Shown piece after piece: positions 1 to 11,610 of a stretch of 64,000 bases of DNA. How positions within the stretch are numbered: position 1 is the stretch's first letter; each line of letters starts with the position of its first letter. The position numbers and the translations under genes are program-made. Under the pieces are notes generated by a model that worked only from the letters and a program-made list of their open reading frames with translations, was not told the origin of the DNA and ran no database searches. Source of the stretch: Marsupella aquatica (taxonomy: Eukaryota; Plantae; Marchantiophyta). Location: assembly GCA_973895155.1 (NCBI GenBank), contig OZ316896.1, positions 9,931,525 to 9,995,524 of the forward strand. The letters are read 5' to 3'.

Positions 1-1
1 C

Positions 2-1975
2 CTACACCGGCTCACAAGAGAAAACCCCTTTGCTGGAGACAAGGAGAGAATCAGGCCTGAATCCAAGCCAGGTGTTCGAATGTATGTGGGAATCTCAAGC
101 TCCGAATCTGAGGCAGAATTGCCTGAAGCTCCTACCGACGAAGAGGAGAGGGAGAAGCCGGACGGCCAAGAAGTAGAGGAGGCAGTGGAGGACTGCAGCC
201 ATGATAATTCCGGCTATGGGTCGGACCATCACGTCCCAGGAGTAAGGACCTGTGGCCAGTTTGTCCCCACACTTCCAAGGGTAGTGCGAGGGGACCCCAA
301 CCAGCAGAGTAGCCCTGAGTCTCCCCCACCAGATGTTGCTCCCCCGAGCTTCGACGGCATAAAACAGACGGTGCAGGAATTTTAGGAGCGAATCAAGCAG
401 GAAGAGGAGGCAGCCCTGGCTAGGGAAAAGGATTTACCAGGAGGAGATTGGCCGGAGGACATCAGGCGGCTAGCCAAAAAAGGAAGCAAACCTCTAGCCA
501 CGATTGAAGAGATCCGCAAGATGGCTTGGGAGCAGAGGCCGCGATGGGCGATGCCGATCACTTCTACTTACTCCACCTACGCTAAGAATAGAGCCATGGA
601 GTATGGTGAGATGTGTGGGGAACTTGCGCTCGGCATCTTTGGAGAGGAGTTGGAGGTAGGACCCTTTTTCCATAGGGAGCAGTTGGAGAAGCACCAATTA
701 GAAGAAGCGGTGGCTTTAGAGAGAAGCAAGAAGGACAAGGTCATTCGACGGCTTAGGAAGATGGAAGCCGAGATTGAAGATCTAGGGGCGGCCAAGAAAG
801 CCCAAGATGAACTGCGGATTAAACGACATGAGCTGAACATCATGCAGGGGCAGTTGGACACCGCGCAGGCTGATAATCAGAATATCAAGGATAAACTGAC
901 TCAGACGTAGGGAGAGTTGGCCGACACGATCAAAGAGAGGGAGAAGTGGAAGCAAGAGCTGAAGAATACAGAGGAGGCCCACATAACAGCCAACAGCCGG
1001 GCCATGGCGGAGACCCAAAGAAAGGAATGGGCGTTGAAGGGGGAGCTCGAGAAAATCCGCGGAGCCCTTGAGCAGAAGGAGGCCGAGTTAGGGAAATCCT
1101 ATCAAGGGATTATGGCGCTGTAGCAGGAGCTTGCGTCCCTGACGGCCAGCTTCAAGGCCGACCTAAGGGAGAAGGACGAGATGCTCGAACAGACTTACGC
1201 CAAGATGAACCAGATGGAGTCTGTCATCATTGCAGAGCTCGACAAGGAGCTAAGAGCAACCCAGGAGGAGAGGACTACCTTGAAACAAGAACGGGAGGAA
1301 GCCCAGAAGGAACTAGAGGAGGCACGCAAGGACCTGGATGAGACCCATGAGGAGTTGGAGGAAATCATGAGGAAGATGGAGAACCTCCAGCGGCGGGCCG
1401 ACAACCAAATGGAGCGGCTGAAGAAACAAGCCGCAGTATTTAAGTGCTTGTCTTCATCAGGCCCAACTCCAATTGGGGCAACCAAGTTACCAGGAGTGGT
1501 ACTGGCCGAAGAAAAAGCCGCGCCAACTGCACCAGTGCCGGAAGTAAGTGGGAAGGGGAAGGGACCAGCTGCCGAACCAGAAAAGAAGAAAAAGCGGAAA
1601 CCTTCAGGGTCAAGGAGTAATCCGACTCCACAAGCCGTGGTGACCAAAGAGGTAGAACCAGCACCATCCTCCGGCATGAATACGGCAATAGATCCTGCTA
1701 TCATCACAGGTGGGGGTGGTGCGGCCCAAGCCGAACTACTCAGTAATGAGGCCCGTATTCCAGATCCGCCTCTTGAGCAGGCCGGGGAGACCGTAGCCGA
1801 GGCTGAGGCCGTAACCGATTCCCAAGCCGATGCCGACGCCGATGGTGGACCCAGTCAGGCCGAGGGAGAATTGACTCAGTCAAGGGCAGGTAATCTGTCA
1901 GGGAATGAGCCTACGGCAGTGGCTGAGGAGGAAGCGTTGGGGGCGTCCATTAAGGATCCACCACCTGTGTCGTGA
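2..1975 (+). pseudogene. Long E/K-rich coiled-coil ORF broken by three in-frame TAG stops; probably a degenerate retrotransposon accessory ORF
   Basis: ORFs 80..385, 521..910, 917..1123 and 1181..1975 are all in one frame and separated only by single TAG codons (383, 908, 1121). No introns are evident. The product is coiled-coil-like with a low-complexity tail. TE origin is inference. Confidence 0.55.
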
Positions 1976-3509
1976 CGGAGCAAGGGCGCCGTTCCTTTTA
2001 GGGAGGGCGGACGTGGAGGGAGGAGGCGTGAGTGGGCAGGGCGGGCGCTGATCTCCAAGTTTAGGATTAGGATCAGGACCAGGAGCGGCCCTGACACTTA
2101 GCTTAGTGGGATTGCGGTCCCACTGGTAGGAGCAACACTTGTGCTCCTGCCTTGCTGTACATAGGTAGATTCGGGCAAGTAGATTACTGTTAAGTAGATT
2201 AGGCTTACGATGCAAAGAATGGCGGATCCACTACCAGGATAAGTACCTGGGCAGCGGGGAGCTCAGGGCCTCTTCTTTAGCAAGTTTTTAGTTTGCACCA
2301 GCCGGGCTGGGATCAAGTAGTACGAGAAGCTCTCGGTTAGTCATACAGTGACCCTTGTGTATATTCATGTTTCCTCATGCCTAAGAGCTGAATAGAGTTG
2401 GCCTCACGGCTTAGTTCGCAAAACTTGTGTATGAGATGTACTGTTTGTATGGCAAGTGCATGGTATGACTCAGTCAGAATGAGTCATTTTGCTATTTGTG
2501 TGTCGCATTAACTTGTGTGAAGAGTGCCCACATCAACCAAAAGGAAGGAAAGTAAGCAGGGGAGTGAGAGTTGGATGTGTCGAGCTGAGAGAGGTCTTAG
2601 CGGCTTAACCAAGCCTATTGGGGATCATTCCGGCGGCGGAATCCAAACATACCTAACAAGACGGACGGGAAGACAGGGGAAGGCCTAGATTAGGCCGGCT
2701 ACGTATCTCATGACCCGATGAAGGATCTGTCCAGTATATGTGTGTAAAATGTTAATAGTAGTAGTAGAAGGTTAGCAGCGTCCCATGCCGCTAAGCCGCG
2801 GAAACGGCCTCGCCAAGCGCGAAACCTGCGGGAATCGGCTTGAGCTAGGGGGTTTCTTGGGTTTAGGGAGCCATGGGACGCACCACAAACATACCTTACG
2901 GATCCCTATGCTACAACTCCATATGCAGACACCTGAGAGAAAGGGCTGATCGAAGCTCTTGCAGCTTGGATTGTGATGCCAATCTAGACAGCGCGATTTT
3001 GTTTGGGGATGGTCAGGAGGCTTGGGTTAAATTGTTTGCGGTAGTTAGTTACAGATTAGCACTTGCCGTTTGTATTCTGTAGTCCTGTAGTTCGTCCGCA
3101 AGGAGACATTTTGGAATGCAAGATTAACTGAAGGATTTCAGAGGTTTTTTTCTCCTTGTATGTGCTCAATGAATGACTACTTGGAGTTGAGGCTAATAGT
3201 CTGGGTTTGAATCCCACAAGTGCCAATCAAGTACACTTGCAGGGAGCGAAATTGGACGTTAGACGTCAACATCTACACCCACTTGGAGGTACGTACATTC
3301 TTGATTTACTTTGGCCAGTACAAACTTTGCTTGTGTCGTCTCGAAATGTCTTAATGACGAAGTGTGAGGAGCGCAATCGGCACTGAAGACACAACGGGTC
3401 AATTTTACTGGATTCGGGATAAAGTTTGGCTTGCCTGGTAGGACTAACTCATTCTGGTGTCTTGCATTGTGCCTAATCGACTTCGCTCTGGCGCCGCAGC
3501 TCCTTTTGT

Positions 3510-4169
3510 GTGGATTTGGGGATTGTTTCTGATTCATTGTGTGGGACTTGTGTAAGGAGCTCCATGTCGAACGCGGATTCAAGCTTGACATCGGTGGACT
3601 ACAACCGTTCTCGCTTGCTGCCATGTCCTGTGAACTATGATACAATGTTGTGCGAGTCACTCTTCTCGCCCAGGCCCAAGGATCCTTCAAGTCCAGCTCA
3701 TGGACCCCAACATATGCAGACACTCTATTGCACCAATGTTAGCAATTGGACCAACGCATCAAAGGAGGCTTTTAGGACTTGCTTTGGCAAGGAGTTTCTG
3801 TTCAAATGTGTTGGAGTGGATGTGTATGCAATTGCAGTGCAGGTTCCTGCCGACATTTTCTTCCAACTTTCATCCATTCCACAGGACGAATACGACTTGG
3901 ATCCGAAGCATTTCACTTCAGATAACCGTCCACCCAAACAATCGCGAAGGGAGGCAACGTCTCCTCCCGACAATGCGGAATCACCTCGCGCCAGCGCTGC
4001 TGTACAAGATGAAGTTGGCACACATGTTTGTCGCGTCGTCGACAATGCTTTGACAAACTTTGACAGACGTTTACAACGGGAGGAGGCTGTGATGCTTGAA
4101 GAAGCTCGGGCGAGTATTAGACGGTGCTATGGACGAGCCCCGCGAACCAAAACGCGCGCCAAACAATAG
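3510..4169 (+). CDS. Hypothetical 219-aa ORF of unknown function (possibly TE cargo)
   Basis: Open frame only; no motif recognised and no convincing ATG context. Confidence 0.2.
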   Translation: MDLGIVSDSLCGTCVRSSMSNADSSLTSVDYNRSRLLPCPVNYDTMLCESLFSPRPKDPSSPAHGPQHMQTLYCTNVSNWTNASKEAFRTCFGKEFLFKCVGVDVYAIAVQVPADIFFQLSSIPQDEYDLDPKHFTSDNRPPKQSRREATSPPDNAESPRASAAVQDEVGTHVCRVVDNALTNFDRRLQREEAVMLEEARASIRRCYGRAPRTKTRAKQ

Positions 4170-5704
4170 CAGCGTTCTAAGTAGTTTAGAGAGATTGGAG
4201 CATTCCAAGTAGTTTACAGTGTAGTTGATGAGCCGTAGTAACTTTATCGATAGAAGCTCGAAGGCACTTAAAGGTGTTTTGCTTGCATGCTCTTCTTTAA
4301 GTGTGTAGACACTCAATTCTGTGATTTTGTCAAATTTTGTTCGGATTGAATCTTCCACGATTCATTGAATTTGTCAATGAAGTAGGCCTCCATCCGCTTG
4401 TGGATGATTTGGCTTTCAACATCTGAATAACACTCCTGCATTCTCCATGAAACATTGGATCTGTCTACATGTGGGCCTGTGAATCAATTAAGCACGAAAG
4501 ACAATCTCGAGGACAATCAATGCCACATTGGTAGAATCCTGAATGATAATATCTTCACCATGCCACATTGGTAGATCAACAATGGAAAAGAATTGATGCT
4601 TTTGTTGAATCAAGTCTTCAACAGTGGTGTCGATTTTGTTTACCTGAAATTTTCCCAATAAAAACCTGAAAATCTTCCAAAACCTTGGATTCTGCTCCCA
4701 TTCATAAGTTGCAGATGTTTTAGGTAGTCTAGAACCTAATCCTTCACTTTTCTCAAAGTCTTCATCTCGCTTCCTCTTTCCAGGTTGCCCTGAAAAATAA
4801 TCCACATTCTTTCGATCTTCTTTTACTTCTTTCTGTTTTGGTTTCATTTTTTTTAAATACTTGGTCCTGGTTGAGATGTACAGTTATACTCCCCTCAACT
4901 AGAATGTTAACGCATTTACGTACACAGGTGACCAAGTATTGAAAAAAAACTGCAAAGAGAGAATTGAAGTAAACAAAGATTTTGATTGTCCTTATGCAGC
5001 TTGAACCACGGTAATCTATTTAGAACTCTGCAACGATAAGTGAAAAAGAAAGGCTTTGTCAAAGAACAGATCACATAGCACATAGACCAAAATCTATTGA
5101 CAATTCTGCAAATCTATGTAGATTTTTGCACAGGCAACTGAAAAGGAAAGTTTTCGTAAAAGAACAGATCACAGAGTCACTCCAACCAAAAGATTGTTCG
5201 CCGTCAGCCTTTGCATAAGAAATGTGCATTAAACTCAGTAGAGTAAACTGAAAAACAATGTTTTGTAAAAAAACAGATCAAAGAGTCACGGCCACCAAAA
5301 AATTTGTCCAGATTGCATATAAAATTGCATTAAACTCTGTAAAGTGCAAGACTGTGTACAATGTTGGACTTTGCATGAAAGAATGAATGAAAATTAGAGA
5401 AAGAAATGAATGAAAGACAAGAAACTGACAAACTTTCTTAGGAACCGATAGTCCACTTAGAGCACAAAAGAAAACTTCTTGGAATAAGCAATATAAGTAC
5501 CTTTTGAAATGGATTCTGAATTGTTTCCTTCACGCTTTCACTTGCTGGCTGTTTGGAATCTAGCTTCTCAATAGCCATAGCTATAGATGTCGGCCCCACT
5601 GTATTCCAAGCAATATCCTTGTTGCTTTAATTTGATTCTCTTCCAGATCTATTACGTCACTAGTCCTCTCCAATCTGCTAAGTGAATAAAAAATAAAAAT
5701 ATAC

Positions 5705-8297
5705 ACACTTTTTATATACAAAGGGACCAAACAGAGTACAAATGAACAAACAAAAGAGGGCCCAAGTGGACAAAACCAATCGAAAAAGAAGTGAGCAAAA
5801 GGGAACCACTAAACACCAAGAAAGAGGAACTAAAAGTAAGAAATGAACAATAGGGAACCCCTAAAAACCAAGAAAGAGAGAGAGACTAAAACTAACCCAA
5901 GCGGACCGAGGTCCTCATCATTCCTACCGATTGTGGCAAAAAGCTAATGGTCCACATCAAGAGTCAAAACTAGATCGGCAAGTGGGATTGGAACATCCTC
6001 AAGGGGAGCTAGCCGTTGCGGAGGCACACTAGCACCCACTGTAAGAGATCGACGATAGATGGCCCGAGCTTGAGCACGCTGTAAGGTGACTGAAATGCGT
6101 TGGCGAAAGTGCGTGGTCAAAATAGAAAGCGGGGGTCCGGTGGGACCCATTCGGCCATGAACATCCCGGGCAGCTTGCCGAAGAAGCCCATCAAACTGAG
6201 GATGAAGACGCCCAAATAGCTCCACAGCAAGGGGGAGGAAGCTGTCGGATGAAGCTCGTGCAGCATATTTGGCCTCCTTCGTTGTTGCCGCACGTGACGC
6301 TGCTGCCCCTGCCGTAGTTGCCGCTGTCCCAATGATGTCTTGGCGCAATGGGTTTGCCACCACAACATCTGCCAAAGTACGTTGACCCTCACGGACCATG
6401 GTAAGATCCACCCGTAACCGCTGTGATGGAGGACCAGGTAACTCGAGTACCACCTCCCGCCGCACGCATACCAAAGAGCCAGAGAGAACCTGAGCAGTCG
6501 CATCTCGCACAGCGTCGTGAACAATAATGGTTTCACCTCCCAAACTGCACCGAAGAAGATGGACACCTGTGGCATCACAAGGCTTCCCACAAGTGCAAGA
6601 AGGAGGTAAACCTGCAAGAAGTGGGTGGGGCAGCCCCAGACGAAGACGCATGGCTGTGGAGAACTCCGTTGAAGACATCCGCAAATGAGGAATGACTGGA
6701 TTGGCCTGAAGCCATCCACCTGCGCCCTTCCCTCCGGAAGAAAGAATCCGAGCTCGGTCCGTGTCAGGTGCCTCGGAGAGGATGCTGGAAAGGGTGAAAG
6801 TGTGCATACGCCCAGCGAGGTCTGCCTGAAGACGAACGGGATCCAAGGATAAAAACTCCTGGAAAGAAGGTAACACGGCGCGAACGGGATCTGGTAATGA
6901 GGACCGCGCTGCGCGCAAATGAACCTGAAACGGGAGGGAACCCTCCTCTACCTCCATGAGAGATGAAAGTAAAAAAGGGCGATCCTCAATAAGAAAACGA
7001 TCGGCCAACAACGAGAAGGCGGCCGCCCATGCACCCAAAAAGGCCAAAGGTGCAAGGCTCTCAATGGAAGTAAGCCCAAAACCATCCCGCCGAATTAGGA
7101 AGACTGAGTTGTCGATGAAGCCACGGAGATGAGAGCAACGTACCCGAACCTAAAAGAGAGGCCAGGGTCTGACGAATGGAGACATCAAATGCTCGAAGGT
7201 GGAGACAAAGATCCTCGGTAGGGGGATGCGTCCTAGCCAGATAAGACGCACGAGGGTGGATGCACCTCAACAACATCCCAAATGCTGCCTGAGAATCTGC
7301 TAACTTAGGGAGCATAGGAGTATGGGCTAAGGCAGCCTGTATAGAGTCAGCGATGAAAGATGAGCAAAAGGAGGCGGTACCGACTGGGGAGCCAAGGACC
7401 CGAAGACCATCGGCTGGACGTAAGAACCCTGGGGGAAGCACAAGATCAGAGGGTAACCCAGGTGGACTCCATGCACGACTCTTCACAGGCTGAACTCGTA
7501 AACCGAGGCCCATCAAATGGGTGGAAAGAGTGGCGAGGGCAGAAGTAACCGCGGCAGGAGGACCAATGATGTGGGTGTCATCTGAAAGGGAGGGGAAGAT
7601 ACACTGGGGGTGGGCCATGGCAGCTTCCCGTAAAGCTGTAAAATGGGCAATGGCAAAAAGAGGCCCACCCAAAGGGTCACCCTGACGTGTACCTTCTGCA
7701 GAGGAAAGAGTGGTATACACACCTGTAGAGGAGTGATGACTATAGAAGAGTGGGGCCTCGAGTCCATAAAAACAACGGACAAAGGGGATCAGGGACTGGA
7801 TGTCTGGATCCGCCGCCCTCAAAGCACGAAAAATGGCTGCCCGAGAAACCGTATTAAAAGCGTTAGAGACATCAACCTGGAGGACAACCCAATCAGGGTG
7901 GAGGTCCAATGTAGCTCGAATACCCGCAATAACCGTCTCACAACCGCCAGGAACGCCAACTGCAAACTGATGTGGAGAGAGATGATCCGATAGTGCAGAG
8001 CAAAACTGTGAGGAAAGTGTGCGAGACACAAGACGAAGAAAAACCTCCCCAATAGCAATTGGCCGAACACCCGACGAAGACTTAGCCATGGCCAATAAAC
8101 GAGAAGCACTCAAGAGCCGAGAGACGAGAGGAGGCAAACGACCGGCTGCAATACACTGGCAAAAGGAGAAGAAAACTGGAAAACCAAACTGAGGATCCTC
8201 AGGGGGGAATAAATCACGAAAATGCTCAAAGACATAGCCGGAGGGGCCACCAGCAGAACAACGCGGGGCATGGAGGAAGGCATAGGTGAAGTGGTCC
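5705..8297 (-). mobile_element. 5'-truncated non-LTR retrotransposon with RT and restriction-like endonuclease (CRE-like clade), one frameshift near 7060-7090
   Basis: RT motifs: SAGGPSG, GVRPIAIGEVFLRL, QFAVG, DVSNAFNTVSR, GTRQGDPLGG, SLSDD. These are followed by a C-x-C...H...C finger (CTCG...HLLRC), HDAVRD, RVDL...LADV, KEAKY and FLPLAVELFG (RLE domain). The ends are approximate. Confidence 0.85.
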
Positions 8298-10600
8298 CTA
8301 CTAAGTCCTTATGAATTTGCTTAGTCCTCTTTGACTTTGCTGAACCTTAGAGATGCTAAAAATTTCCAATCCCCATAGCCATAGTGTCTCACATGGCCCC
8401 ACTCTAGTCCAAATCATCTAGATGTTGGTGCCTCTTCCAATCCCCTTAGCCTTTCGACATCGGCTCAATCCAGTCCAATCTACTCAGCCCTTATGAATCT
8501 GCTAATTTTCTTGCTCAGCTATCGGGTGGATATGCTCAACACTGTTCTTTGACCTCTTCCATACCTAAAAAGACTCAACTAGCTCCCGCTGTCCCCAACA
8601 AAACCAGACTGGAAAACCAAATGGGTAGTAAATGGTGCGAAATTTCATGTCGCGTGTTTCAATGGCGGGAAAAAATGTCCAAGAGTACCCGGGCCGAATG
8701 AGTCCCACATTTTAATAATTCCCAGTAAAAGTGGGTGAAACGGGACTGGTAAAAAATAAGATTGAACTGTTTCACGGACTGTAAAAAATAATTTCCCGGC
8801 CTGATGCATATGCAGTCACGAATTTGTGCGCTGGCCGTCCAATTTTCTGGATTTAATTATTTTCACCGCGAACCTAATGACGACTACGGTAGTGGAGAAT
8901 TTTTTCTGCAAATGGGCAAAAGCCTGACAGATCGAGCAATGTCGCGTGGAGGTAGAACGCTAACGGGTCATAAACTCTTTCTTAGAGAAGATGCAATGAT
9001 GGTATCTGAGGAATAAGCATTGGCTGACTCTGTGCCAGCAACTGTGGTAAGACAGAGGATGCAAGCCTTATCCAGAATGATTGGGCAAATACAAAATGTA
9101 AGAATATTCCAATCTGAATTTTCTAAACTGTAAGGGCTAAAAATCACTTAAAACAATTATCTACATATGTTCTGAAAACTTTGAGATTAATATAGGACAA
9201 AAAACTCCAAAGCATTTTGCACACATGAATCTTTTGAGGCTGATGCGCTCACAATTTTATTTTCTCCCGGTCTTATGAACTGGTCAACAAATTTTTTCAA
9301 ATGGATGCGTCTCAATGTCAATCTAGTGGGTCAGGTGCCAACAATATTTTAATATGTATCTCAAGGTCACATCTGCTTACGACTACAGTAGCAGCTATTG
9401 CACTCATCTCGCCATGCAAGCTACAACTTACTACGAATAGGGTTAGAGGACATTGTTGGGAACTTCTGCCCCCACCCAAAATGAGTGCTACTTTCTGACC
9501 CCACCGAAAATGAGTGCTTCAGCTGGGCATCTTACTTGTGCTCAAGTACACTTTTGCTCAACATCATTTACTCCCGCATTTACTATTCACAATATTGTGC
9601 AACGCAAGCATTGGGCTAGTACTCTATAAAATACAAAGCCAAAATTCAGTCAAAATTCTTACTCGTGTCTAAGTCCCGGTCTAAGTAATACAACCTCCCA
9701 TAAAAATGAGCTCTGACATATGAAAACTCATGGTTGGCTTATTGCATCGGTGCAGGAATCCAGGCAGCAATACAGTCATTGTCTGGTACACCCAAAAGTA
9801 ACAAAAGTTACTACAAAGAGTAATCCCTAAACCGTACCCCAAACACACAGTTGACAACAGCCCATGTCTTGACCCAAGCTACTTGTAACTTAACCATGGT
9901 TAGAGGCATAAGTAACCACTATTAGACAAAATACCTGATAATGGGGCCCTTGACGCACATAGAAAGCTGATTTTTTGCAAGAGCAAACAACATCTCTGGT
10001 AGAGAGAATACCAAAGATCTATCAAGTTTCACATTCCTCAGATTACCAGCACTTAGTGAAAGTTTGATTTTTGAGGATATGTGATTGAGTATTGGAGATG
10101 CACAGAAAATCCCCAGTCTTTTCACTGGGTAGCTTGAAACTTGAAGACAACACCAGACAATTTTCAGTTCAACGTACCAGAATTCATTGCGTGGCTCAAT
10201 CAAATATTGAGTCATTTACTAAAAATGAGCATTCTACACACTGAGGGTACCCAAATGAAGCACTAGCGGCTTCTGCAGAGGGGGGTAACCCTACATTGAC
10301 TGCTACACCCTACATTGACTGCTACTGCTACAGTGTTAGTTTCCAGACTGCTTGGTCAAGTATTTTTTAAATAAATTATGGGGTCGGTGAAGTCCTTTTC
10401 TAGAAACCGTTTTAATAATCTCAGATTGAAAGAGCACTCTCACTTACAAATCAAATACATGGTGGGGTCAATCTCGGAAGGACCAGGTCAACTTCTAGTT
10501 AACATAAATCCCTCGTGAATTTTTTTCTTTGTATTTGTGTACCAGGTTATGAGACATTACCACCAGGTGAAGTCACGGAGCCCCTGGGCTAGCCTGGCCT

Positions 10601-10716
10601 GATTATGAAATTTGAATGAGAAATAGGGTAACTGCAAGTGGCAGACAGTGACGGATTGAGGATTATGAAATTTGAATGAGAAATAGGGCAACTGCAAGTG
10701 GCAGACAGTGACGGAT
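10601..10716 (+). repeat. 60-bp tandem duplication (2 copies)
   Basis: gattatgaaatttgaatgagaaataggg(t/c)aactgcaagtggcagacagtgacggat occurs at 10601 and 10661. Confidence 0.9.
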
Positions 10717-10794
10717 CAAACTTTTACTATGTCAAACTGAACTAAATGTTGCACCAAAATTCACTCAAGCTTTACGCTGGGTAACTCATCCCCA

Positions 10795-10960
10795 CTTGAG
10801 TTCCCTCTGGGATTACATCCCATTACCCCCTCTTGGTCCCATTACCCCCTCTAGGGATGGGTTACCCCTCTTGAGTTCAAGCTTGGGATTACATCCCATT
10901 ACCCCCTCTTGGTCCCATTACCCCCTGGTCCCATTACCCCCTCTTAGGGTTGGGTTACCC
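10795..10960 (+). repeat. Imperfect tandem repeat of (ggt)cccattaccccc units
   Basis: Repeated gggattacatcccattaccccctcttggtcccattaccccc; this block is absent from the copy-2 upstream region. Confidence 0.7.
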
Positions 10961-11610
10961 TACACATATATATTTTGCCTGGGCTTTTGGCTCGAAAGCT
11001 CTATTTGGATTCCATTCACAAAGATATATAGCATGGGGTCGGTTATTTCAGTCCTCCTTTCATCACGGTGCCCGAGTATTGACAACTGCTCGCGTCAGCC
11101 TCTTCGGGAGGTACCCAGGTAGTCAATGATCTCTCAGAGGCCAGTGGGTGGAGGCCATGGATTCTGGAGAGCAAACACAATGAAGGGGTGGAGGCCATAG
11201 ATTCTGGAGAGCAAACACAATGAAGGGCTTTTCAGTCATCTGAAGATATTTACAGAGGGAGCGTGATGAGAGAGATACCCAGGAGTCGATGATTTCCTAC
11301 AGGCCTGTAGGTGGAGGCCATGGATGGACTGATTACTTCAAGTTTGGTTGCAGAATTCTGGAGAGCAAACACAGTGAAGTGCTCTTCAGTCCTCTGAAGT
11401 TTTCTACGGGCAGGGTGAGGAGATGCATATTTTTCAAGCTTGATTGAGTTTCTCTGTAGGTTCGGTTTGCTGTGAGCGAGTTGAGCAGGAACAGTCCATG
11501 TGGAAAGGCGCCTGACGTTGACGATTGGTGTGCCAAGTTCGGTCCGTGGGATCAATTTCAGGATGATGAAGGGTGGGTGGACATATTAGAGGAGCAAGTG
11601 GAACGAAATC

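Noticed and set aside
383-1123. Programmed stop readthrough or alternative genetic code
   Set aside because: Stop contexts differ, and TAG serves as a normal terminator in this window (RLK copy 3); mutational decay is simpler.
3155-3225. tRNA-like B box (ggtttgaatccc)
   Set aside because: No convincing A box, cloverleaf or TSD.
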